DNA of 64,000 nt. Source: Squalus acanthias. Its lineage: Eukaryota. Position numbers and translations under genes: made by a program. The DNA is taken from positions 62,001 to 126,000 of the forward strand of contig JASTWF010000366.1 of NCBI GenBank assembly GCA_030390025.1, written 5' to 3'. Of this stretch, positions 13,050 to 23,386 are shown piece after piece; position 1 is the first letter of the stretch; every line of letters starts with the position of its first letter. Below the pieces are notes generated by a model that saw nothing but the letters and a program-made list of their open reading frames with translations, ran no database searches and was not told the DNA's origin.

Positions 13050-13450
13050 TTTTTTCCTTCCTCTCCTGAAGGCACTGACCCCATCCTAGGGCACAGTTCC
13101 ACAAGTTGCAGACCCTCTCTAAAATCTCACCTAAGTGGTCATTCTTCATGTGTGAACTTGAACATTTGTTAATATACTATCTGACTGTGGGGGCATTTAA
13201 TCTGATCCCGACCCTGTCCTCATCCAACACCCATCCATGCCCACTTTCCCGCAAGGGTCATTTGATAACAATCAAAGGAGGAATACTAGAATTTTTCCTT
13301 CCTAGCCCAGGTGCACTAAGGCCAATTGCAGTGCTCAACCGCTGCGATAGGTGAGATCAGCGAACTCAGTACAGATTCAGACCCGAGGTTTATACGACCT
13401 GTACACCTCAACACCACACCGGGATTCCCAAACTCCCTCGGCCATTGGAG
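13050..13450 (-). mobile_element. Old tRNA SINE family 'S'
   Basis: ctgaaggcactgac, cacagttccac, ctcacctaagtggtcattcttcatgtgtga motifs. Confidence 0.7.
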
Positions 13451-13809
13451 AGCCTGGCAAAAACATTTGTTTTGTAGTTAGCAGGATATCACAGACAGAA
13501 AACAGTTAAACTCTGTTAACTGACCAAGATTTCCATCACAGGTTTAAGAAAATGATTCTAAGAAATGTGCCATTCACAAGTGCTGTGTGTCAGATTAATT
13601 GGAACAGATTGAACTATTAGGCAGCGACACACACTTTAACACTTCAATGTAATTATGTAAGAAACATCATTTAATTTCAGAAGTAGTAATTCCTTCTGTC
13701 AACCTATGTTGGATCTTTTTTTAAAAGAAACTCTAACTATGAAAACCATACTAAATACGCTTTGAATTATTGTGATCCTTTAGTTAAAAAAAATTGTAGC
13801 TTCTCTAAG

Positions 13810-14215
13810 GGTTTAGTGGGCAATTGTATCATGAGGTGCAGAGCTGTGCCATATGGACCGGGAAGGTGCCAGGTAGAACCCCCTGTCTGTGCTGTTAGGT
13901 GATCTGATTCAGAGTGGGAGTTGGGGTGTTACAATTTGTCTCAACACCCCTGGGCTGGGAGAGGGGAAATCAGCCAGGGTCCCTGCCCCTATTTCCTGTC
14001 CGATGACCACTGCTGGAGAGTACATGGGTTGTCGGTGTTAGGTGACATGGAACTGGGCTTGACTGATGGACCCTCCGTCGTCGAGTAGCCTGCTGCCCAG
14101 TGCCTCATACACGGCGGAACAGCTACTTGGGCGAGGGGCCATATGGCAACCAGTAAAGCACAGAACCGTACACTGGCAAGAGTCAGCACCTTCAAGGGAG
14201 GAGGGGTGAAAACTG
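13810..14215 (+). mobile_element. Old tRNA SINE family 'S'
   Basis: gaccgggaaggtgccagg, aatcagccagggt, acttgggcgagg, gagtcagcaccttca motifs. Confidence 0.7.
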
Positions 14216-14236
14216 GCAATACCAATACAAGCTCGC

Positions 14237-14325
14237 CACCACCTTCTCAAGGGAAACTAGGGATGGGCAGTAAATGCTGGCCTTGCCAGCAATGCCTGCA
14301 ACCTGAGAATGACTTAAAAAATTAA
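14237..14325 (+). mobile_element. Isolated 3' tail of the tRNA-headed Zenon-like LINE family
   Basis: caccaccttctcaaggg..actagggatgggcagtaaatgctggccttgccagc matches 33880-33935. Confidence 0.85.
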
Positions 14326-14814
14326 AGACAAATTAGATAATGAGACATTTATCAACTTACTGACAGATTTATTTTAAAACTTAATGTTATTGAAGTATTT
14401 TTTGGAGACATTGAAAAGCTGTATTCTTTGAAATGCCGTGCAGGTAACAGAATAAAGGAGGTGGCTATTGTAGCGGATTTACCACTTTTTAGTTTAACCA
14501 TAAGTAACAGCTCATCCACTGTTTGGGCACTCTCTGGTGAGCACAGTGACAGCGACTCTGTGTCTGGAAGCCCCACTGAGTCATGAAATGAGCAAGAATC
14601 CATGCACCTGATCAGCCCCCATTAGGTCCCCCTCAGGCTGATGAAGCCTGCCAGCCTCCAACATGTTAACAGATAACCAGCTCCTGCAGAAATCACCAGT
14701 GCAAACCACGTCTCCTGATATAAATTACACCTTCAGCTATCTGCCTTCGGGTTTCTCTTTTTTTTTGTGTGGGTTTTTTTGTTTAAAGTTTACCCGGTCC
14801 AAACAATAGATAAA

Positions 14815-15085
14815 GTTTGTTTACATAGGCTATACGGCACAGAAACAGGCCATTCGGCCCAACCAGTCCATGCCGGCAATGCCGCTTGTGGCAGCCGGGC
14901 TGGGGATGTGGTGCTTTGCCATGGCAGTTGAGGGTTTGAGCCGAGTGGACGTGTCCATGGTGAGCAGACGCTTCCCGGCCCGGCCCGGCCCGGCCTGGGT
15001 GGGTGGGAGGTGGATGGATGCCGTGACATTCAGCAAGGAGAAGGAGACCCTGAAAAACTGTACGTCCCTCTGCCATCAAACCGAG
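14815..15085 (-). mobile_element. CR1 3' tail (~14815-14876) fused to a ~200-bp GC/CpG-rich unrelated segment
   Basis: The tail is near-identical to 53077-53121. The upstream part does not match CR1 and contains (CCGGC)4. Confidence 0.65.
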
Positions 15086-15327
15086 TGAGCAATACAAAGT
15101 CAAAGCCCCCAATTATCAGATCAAATAATGAAACAAAATATATATTATTATTTCTGAAAAAAAACAGGACCAAATGTAAACAAATATTATTTGTTTCTTA
15201 ACAAATGGCTCCTGACTTAATCACATACTGTCTTCTTTTATATATATATAATTAAAAGTTAAATGATTAACTAGGCTGCTTTGACAGCCACATGCGGTAC
15301 AGCTACAACAGTATTGCTGTAAAATCA

Positions 15328-15364
15328 AGAGAGAGACAGAGCAAGAGAGAGAGAGAGAGAGAGA
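15328..15364. repeat. (GA)n microsatellite, imperfect
   Basis: Read directly from the sequence. Confidence 0.9.
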
Positions 15365-17072
15365 ATTGAGCCTAACAGACTGATCCTTAACTATTATTTG
15401 CCCATTATTGGATAGAATTGAATCTCACCAGCCTTTGGAAGAGAATAATAAAAGATCTGTAGGCATTACTAGGCCCTGTCCTCCCATCGTGCAAGTCTAA
15501 ATTCCCAGGGGCTCCATTGCCAGCACTGGCTCAGCTTGTCCGATCATTTATCCATAATTAGAAAATTAATATTTTAGATGGGAGCTATGATGAACCCATT
15601 ATGGTGATGGGCCCTGATATCAATTATAACTTCAATTTCGATTTCACTTAACTGCAAGTAATGGGTCCTGGTGGCAGCGTAGTGATGGGATAGGGCCGCG
15701 GAGCGTGACGAATACAGATCACTGCACATTAGGATGAGCAATTATTTGAACATGTATAAAAACTATTTACAAGCAATGTAATTGACCGGGGTCAGAGGGA
15801 GATGCTGAAAAAATGGACAGGTTGACAAATTTTTGTTCCATACCAACAGAAAAGATTTATTAATTTCTTTGGCTGTAATTGAATTTTTGAAGGGTTCTTG
15901 TTAAACTCTCATTGCATTGCTCATCTCCCGCGCTGACCTTACATAGATCTAGTGCCATACTTTCTTGTTGCCTTCATAGCCCTTGGCAGAGAGATTGCTG
16001 ATGGAATTTATAAAAAAACAAGCAGACGGTTTAGAAATTGATTCCATGCACTGGAGAGGAGGTGGGGGTGTGGGAGGAACAACTGCAGCAACATACTGCT
16101 GGCTGTCTCTATACCAAAAAAAAAAAATAATTACCTGGTTAAAGATCTCTGCATTTTTAAGTAAGGATGAAACAATTTATGAAAAATATCGGGTATCTTA
16201 TTTTCCCAATTTCCCATGGCCTTGGGAGGTTTCTGCCTGCTTTTTTCTGACAGTCGCCCATGCATTCTCAGTTTCTCGTTTGAAGCAATACGATGTCAGT
16301 TTAATTGTTCACTGTCAGGGGTAGACCAGCAGATAACAAGCTTAGCAAATGGTGTCTGCTGTAGCTACACATTGATTAATATTTTACATGTTATTATGCT
16401 GTGTCCATTACGACAGCAAATTAAACTATAAATCACACCCTCTGCTTGTGTCACTGAATCATAAATTGTCTTCCCTTCGTGCTCGAGTGCAGCAGCTCCC
16501 AGGGCAGTCCTTCATAAGGCAACAATGCTCAGAAAGTGCCTGTATTCTTTACACTGAATTATGGACTAGTCAGAAGCATAGTATACATCAGGCATTATGA
16601 AAAATGGGGAGTTTATTCTGCCATAAAACAGAAGACAACCCTACACCCTAGGTAAAAGTTTGCAATCTTTCTCCTTTTTTTTTTAAATGCCCATAGTGTA
16701 GTTGTAGTTACCACTAGGATAAGAAAAAAAGCCTGCGGTGGTCTCTGGATTTTGAAACCCGCAAAGGAAATACACAATGATATTTAAGATTTTAAAAGAA
16801 ACATTTAGAGCATTTCAAAGAAATATTTGGGGTAAAAATGTACAAATAGGAATTAAGAAAATGGTCATTTTTCTCTCAGGGCTTTAACCACCGGTCAATT
16901 GCAGCTGTATCACAGAGTTGAGGAAAAAAAACACAGTAACGATAAATATTAAAATTATAATGCACAAAGAAGGTTAAAAGGAACTGCTGCATTCTACGTA
17001 AAAAAAATTTAATATCTTTCTAGCCCCCAATTATTCTTTTGGATTTGACTTTAAATCGTGGTTCCATCAGCC

Positions 17073-17316
17073 ATCTCAGGTGGACGTAAAAGACCCTATG
17101 ACACTATTTTTGAAGAAGAGCAGGGGAGTTCTCCCTGGTGTCCTGGCCAATATTTATCCCTCAACCAACACCTAAAGCAAATGATCTGGTCATTTATTAA
17201 ATTGCTGCTTGTGGGATCTTGATGTGTACAAATTGACTTCAAAAGTACTCCATTGGCTTTAAAGCGCTTTGGGACATCCTGAACTTGTGAAAGGCACTCA
17301 ATAAATGCAAGTCTTT
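17073..17316 (+). mobile_element. Deu-domain SINE, 5'-truncated
   Basis: ctcaggtggacgtaaaagaccc...gaagaagagcaggggagttctccctggtgtcctggccaatattt...ataaatgcaagtcttt. Confidence 0.88.
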
Positions 17317-17484
17317 CGTTAAGTTTTTCCTTTACTCTCCCCTGCTCAAAAGTACTAAGTGGCATTAAAGTACAGCCCCATGGCAACTCTCGGGCACCTT
17401 GACTAAGTAAGTATTCTTGTTTGTGAATCCAGGTTGTGAGTGCCAGCTGTCTGTTTGACCATGGAGAGTATACAGCAGCAGAAA

Positions 17485-20400
17485 TTTTTCTTTTATATTC
17501 GTTCATGGGATGTGGGCGTCGCTGGCAAGTTGACCCTTGAGAAGGTGGTGGTGAGCCGCCTTCTTGAAGCGCTGCAGTCCGTGTGGTGAAGGTACTCCCA
17601 CAGTGCTGTTAGGGAGGGAGTTCCAGGATTTTGTCCCAGCGACGATGAAGGAACGGCGATATACTTCCAAGTCAGGATGGTATGTGATTTGGAGGGGAAC
17701 TTGGAGGTGGTGGTGTTCCCATCAGCCTGCTGCCCTTGTCCTTCTAGGTGATAGAGGTCGCGGGTTTGGGAGGTGCTTCCGAAGAAGCCTTGGCGAGTTG
17801 CTGCAGTGCATCTTGTAGATGGTACACACTGCAGCCACGGTACGCCAGTGGTGGAGGGAGTGAATGTTTAAGGTGGTGGATGGGGTGCCAATCAAGCGGG
17901 CTGCTTTGTCTTGGATGGTGCCGAGCTTCTTCAGTATTGTTGGAGCTGCATTCACCTAGCCAAGTGGTGAATATTCCATCACACTCCTGACTTGTGCCTT
18001 GTAGATGGTGGAAAGGCTTTGAGGAGTCAGGAGGTGAGACACTGGCCATGGAATACCCAGCCTCTGACCTGCTCTTGTTGCCACAGTATTTATGTGGCTG
18101 GTCCAGTTAAGTTTCTGGTCAATGGTGACCCCCAGGATGTTGATGGCGGGTGATTCGGCGATGGTAATGCCATTGAATGTCAAGGGGCGGTGGTTAGACT
18201 CTCGCTTGTTGGAGATAGTCATTGCCTGGCACTTGTGTGGCGCGAATGTTACCTGCCACTTATCAGCCCAAGCCTGAACGTCGTCCAGGTCTTGCTGCAT
18301 GCGGGCATGGACTGCTTCATTATCTGAGGAGTTGCATCCCCACTTCTGACCTTATGATGGAGGGAAGGTCATTGATGAAGCAGCTGAAGATGGTTGGGCC
18401 TAGGACACTGCCCTGAGGAACTCCTGCAGCGATGTCCTGGGGCTGTGATGATTGACGTCCAACCACCACAACCATCTTCCTTTGTTCTAGGTATGACTCC
18501 AGTCAGTGGAGAGTGTTCCCCTGATTGCCATTGACTTCAGTTTTACTGGAGCTCCTTGATGCCACACTCAGTCAAATGCTGCCTTGATGTCAAGGGCAGT
18601 CACTCTCACCTCACCTCTGGAATTCAGCTCTTTTGTCCATGTTTGGACCAAGTCTGTAATGAGGTCTGGAGCCGAGTGGTCTTGGTGGAACCCAAACGGA
18701 GCATCAATGAGCAGGTTATTGGTGAGTAAGTGTTGCTTGATAGCACTGTCGATGACACCTTCCATCACTTTGCTGATGATTGAGAGTAGACTGATGGGGC
18801 AGTAATTGGCTGGATTGGATTTGTCCTGCTTTTTGTGGACAGGACATACCTGGGCAGTTTTCCACATTGTCGGATAGATGTCAGTGTTATAGTTGTACTG
18901 GAACAGCTTGGCTAGTGGAGTGGCTAGTTCTGGAGCACAAGTCTTCAGCACGACAGCCGGGATGTTGTCATGGCCCACAGTCTTTGCTGTATCCAGTGCG
19001 CTCAGCCGTTTCTTGATATCACGTGGAGTGAATTCAATTGGCTGAAGACTGGCTTCTGTGATGGTGGGGACCTCAGGAGGAGGCCGAGAAGGATCATCCA
19101 CTCGGCACTTCTGGCTGAAGTTGGTTGGAAATGCTTCAGCTTTGTCTTTTGCACTCATTATGGATGGGCAATAAATGCTTGCCTTGCCAGCGACGCCCAC
19201 ATCCCATAAACGAAAAAAAAGCATGCTGGGCTCCACCATCATTGAGGATGGGGATATTCATGGAGCCTCCTCCCCCCGTTAGTTGTTTAATGGTCCACCA
19301 CCATTCACGACTGGATGTGGCAGGACTGCAGAGCTTTGATCTGATCCGTTGATTGTGGGATGGCTTAGCTCTGTCTATAGCATGCTGCTTCCGCTTTTTA
19401 GCATGCATGTAGTCCTGTGTTGCAGCTTTCCCAGGTTGGCACTGCATTTTTAGGTCCGCCTGGTGCAGATCCTAGCATGCTCTTCTGCACTCCTTATTGA
19501 ACCAGGGTTGGTCCCCTGGCTTGATGGTAATGGTAGAGTGAGGGATATGCCGGGTCATGAAGTTACAGATTGTGGTGGAATACAATTCTGCTGCTGCTGA
19601 TGGCCCACACCGCCTCATGGATGCCCAGTTTTGAGCCGCTAGATCTGTTCTGAATCTATCCCATTTAGCACGGTGGCAGTGCCACACAATACAATGGAAG
19701 GTGTCCTCAGTGTGAAGACAGGACTTCACCTCCACAATGACTGGGCGGTGGTCACTGCTACCAATGCTGTTATGGACAGATGCATCTGTGACAGGTAGAT
19801 TGGTGAGGACGAGGTCAAGTAGGTTTTTCTCTCACCATCTGTCGCAGGCCCAGACTGGCAGTTATGTCCATCAGGACTCGGCCAGCAGTGGTGCTACCGA
19901 GCCACTCTTGGTGATGGACATTGAAGTCCCCCACCCAGAGTACATTCTGTGCCCTTGCTACTCTCAGTGCTTCTTCCAAGTGGTGTTCAATATGGAGGAG
20001 TACTTGATTCATCAGCTGAGGGAGGGCGGTAGGTGGAAATCACCACAAGGTTTCCTTGCCCATGCACCATGAGACTTCATGGGGTTTGGAGTCAATGTTC
20101 CACTCCTTCCCAACTGTATACCACTGTGCCGCCTGGTGGGACAGGACAGGACAGACTGTGAGTATGACAATGTCAGGCTGTTGCTTGACTAGTCTGTAGG
20201 ACAGCTCTCCCAATTTTGGCACAAGTTCCCAGATGTTGGTGAGGAGGACTTTGCAGGGTCGACTGGGCTGGGTGTGCTGCTGTCCTGTCCATAGCCCGTG
20301 CCGGGTGGTCCATCCGGTTATATTCTTATTGTTTTTTGTAGCAGTTGTGTACAACTGAGTGGCTTGCTAGGACAGTTAAGAGTCAACCACATTGCTGTGG

Positions 20401-20659
20401 GTCTGGAGTCACATATAGGCCAGACCAGGTAAGGATGGCAGATTCCCTAAAGGACATTAGTGAACCAGATGGTTTTTACAACAATTCGATATTCATGGTC
20501 ACCATTACTGATACTAGCTTTTTATTCCAGATTTATTTAATTAACTGAATTTAAATTCCCCAGCTGCCGTGGTGGGATTTGAACTCACGTCTCCGGATCA
20601 TTAATCCAGGCCTCTGGATTACTAGTACCAGAAACATAACCACTATGCTACCATTCCCC
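17485..20659 (-). mobile_element. Full-length tRNA-headed single-ORF LINE (APE + RT, CR1/Zenon-like), copy A, decayed
   Basis: ORF fragments KVLLTNIW, WVGDFNVH, PISLLS..SKVME, LDIKAAFD, LHH.RTVAA..IYK. tRNA-like head at 20560-20659. Several deletions, including loss of the FADD motif near 18335. A-rich tail at 17485-17500. Confidence 0.93.
19158..19220 (+). mobile_element. Nested 63-bp 3' tail of the same family, inserted antisense in copy A
   Basis: ggatgggcaataaatgcttgccttgccagcgacgcccacatcccataaacgaaaaaaaa interrupts gcactca|.tgctggg, which is contiguous in copies B and E. Confidence 0.92.
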
Positions 20660-20779
20660 TAACTCCGACCTGAATCTCTCTGTCGCCCAATTGCACTGAG
20701 TTCTAAGGTTCCCCTTGTAACTCCAAATTACAAAAAAAAAAATGTAAATCTTAAAACACTTGATAAAGAAGGTTGCAGA

Positions 20780-21180
20780 TGGGCTCCCTCGATGGCTCAG
20801 CCAGAGCATAGCAGAGACATACAGACCAGGAAAGTCTGAAATTCAATCCACGGCCTGTGTCGAATTAGTCGATCTCAGACTGGATAGCGGTGGGTCTGCT
20901 ACAATTGGTCTCAGCGCAGTGGATTATAAAGGGGAAGAAAAATATCAGCCAAGGCTCCCACTTCAGATCTCTATCTAGTGCGTAGACATCAGGTGAGGAC
21001 AGGATAGGGCTTGGCTGTGATGCCCCCTGTGTTGAATATATTTCCAAAACCCACAGTCAAGGCTCACACATGAATAACAACCTCTTGGTAAGGTATTGGA
21101 AGGACCCTGGTGCCCAGGCAACTGTACCCTAGGAAGGAGTTTACCACCTTCAGGAGATGACAAAAATGGTGAAGGAAAAT
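20780..21180 (+). mobile_element. Old tRNA SINE family 'S', near full length
   Basis: gatggctcag head, cagaccaggaaag..attcaatcc, body and accttcaggaga end. Confidence 0.75.
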
Positions 21181-22289
21181 ACAGAGGTCAAAGCTGCTAA
21201 CAATAAAGGCAAAAAGAAAAACTGACAAAACAGAAAATTTTAAATCAAAACGCAAAATGCTGGAAATGCTTAGGAGATCAGTCAGTATCCAAAAGGGAAA
21301 GATAGTGTTAACGTTTCAGATGGGATCCTTAACAGTCTGCGTTGATAATAACCCAATATGATTTTGGAAAACAATTAAATATTTCAAAATATATATTTTG
21401 TGCACAACATTTAGCACGTTTGTTATGAATATGCTACGTAGAAAATCTATAATAGGAAGAATCTCTCAACTCACATATATACAAGTATGGTTTAAGTAAT
21501 AAGCAATTTTTTATTTCCTGTTTCCAGTGAGAGGCAGCTAGTTTACCCACATGTTTTTCGAAATGATAACAGATAATAGATGTTATAAGTTTTAAATGTT
21601 AACCTAATTCATTCGCTGGGTTTTTAAATTTATTTGTTTGAAGCGATCAGGACAGCAGGAAATCAAGCCGCAGCCAACTGCATTGTGTTGAGTGGGAGGT
21701 CAAGTGGTCGCTATGTGTGGCCTAAAATCCAGGCTTTGTTAAGATGATGGCATTAAATGGGAATTACATCTGAGGTCAAGTGACCGTAATAACAGGGGAC
21801 ACAGAAAGCCCCCTGAAATCATTCACTTGGTGATGGAAATGACATGAAGCTGACACAATCCCCCATCTTCAGTTGAGGTGAGATGGGACTAAAATCCATT
21901 GCTGCTGAACATTGCACCTGCTGATAGCTAGCCTGACCCCTGACCAGGCTTACCGTGCCTGTGCCTTCATTGCTGGCTGCAATTCCAATGATAGAACAGA
22001 ATATTCTAGTACTTTTATTCTGCTGCTGATACTATTAAAATTAGACTGTGACATAGTTGCCAAAGTGTTTTTTTAAAAAGTTTTTGCAAAGATTGCATCT
22101 TCATACTCTATGGCGCAGATATTATCTGGGGTATATCTTATTTTTCTCCAGTATTTTGTGCGATTGTTAACTTTTCTTTTAAAAATGATTTTCTTTTATT
22201 TGTATAAAACTTTGTGCTCATTAAGAAGAGGGATTTTGGGACTGGGGACTGGTACATTTTCTGTTACTGTTTCAGGCATCCAGTGACAA

Positions 22290-22607
22290 CAAGCACTCCC
22301 AACGCAGTTAGGTGCAGAGTGCAACTGTCACGACAATATGAGATAACACAAAAATCTCAGAGGAACATCCATATGTACCAGGCAGATATTGCTCCATTTC
22401 CTACACAAGCCAGCTCGTACCCTGAGTGAGACTGCCAAATCAGCTTTCCATGCCCATTAGAAACTGGGTTGAGACTTCCCAAACTCATTTACTATAGATC
22501 CCTTACAGTCAACAGAGTGTATCAAATCCCCTCAGTCTGGGCTGGATTTGAATTCAGATCCAAGAGATGAAAGACTAGTGTCTTAATCACTGCACTACTT
22601 ACTCCCT
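22290..22607 (-). mobile_element. LF-SINE-like SINE, 5' part
   Basis: Minus strand: tagtgcagtgattaagacactagtctttcatctc..gaattcaaatccagcccagac..taaatgagtttgg..gtctcaacccagtttctaatgg..ttggcagtctca. Confidence 0.65.
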
Positions 22608-22848
22608 CAATCTTCTTTTTTCTTTTAGCTTTCTTCATGACATTTAGGGCGATACCATACTGAGTGGAAACATGAATAGGCAAGTGACCTGCTCCCAGAT
22701 TTCTGCTAATGATGTTCTGTTACTCGGCAATGGAAGGTTTGTCAGAGCGACTCAAGTGGTAGGAAGTGACCTAATCTCACCTTGACCTCTGGTTCACCTC
22801 CCCCCTCCGTGAGACTGCAGGGCGTTGCAGCATGAGTTCACGCTCCAT

Positions 22849-23035
22849 AACGCTGAACTTTCAACTCCAGTGGGTGCGTAAAACTGGCAGTAGTGGATCT
22901 GCCGTCCGTATTACACCCCGTCCGATTTGTGTTTCCATTGAAATCAATAGAAAGGAAAATCGACCAACGTTTATGATGGGCGGACAATCCGCTGCAGCCC
23001 GTTTTATGCACCCACCAGAGTTGAAAGTTCCGTCC
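22849..23035. mobile_element. Palindromic (foldback) MITE
   Basis: gaactttcaactc.agtgggtgcgtaaaac ... gttttatgcacccac.agagttgaaagttc, with centre tttccattgaaatcaatagaaa. Confidence 0.85.
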
Positions 23036-23239
23036 ATGTTGTTAGATATTGATTCCCGACAAAAACTGCATGGGCCACGCTAAAAATAATTTTAATCAAA
23101 GAGGATGAAACTAAGATAATCTGCTCTCTTCATAATTTTTGATCGTCTAATTCAATCTCTTTCACAGCACCTACTCAATAGTGACGTTACGAACACAAGG
23201 AATTATGGAACAAAAAAAAAGAAGGCCCACCCCCACTGT

Positions 23240-23316
23240 CTCAGGGCATCTAGGGATGGACAATAAGTATCATCTTCCTAAATGTCGCCCACAACCCAAG
23301 AACAAATTTTTTAAAA
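23240..23316 (+). mobile_element. Old isolated 3' tail of the Zenon-like family
   Basis: cagggcatctagggatggacaataa...cgcccacaacccaagaac. Confidence 0.65.
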
Positions 23317-23386
23317 GTCCAGTTACAACATCGAACCACTCCTTCCTTAGCCCATGTACAATCTGCCCTTTTGTGGACTCCACCCA

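Noticed and set aside
14352..14603. 83-aa ORF as a host exon
   Set aside because: No recognisable homology or convincing splice signals.
20560..20659. Genuine tRNA gene (also 60430-60533, 28674-28745)
   Set aside because: A and B boxes are present, but there is no proper cloverleaf or T-run terminator and each head continues into a retroelement body.
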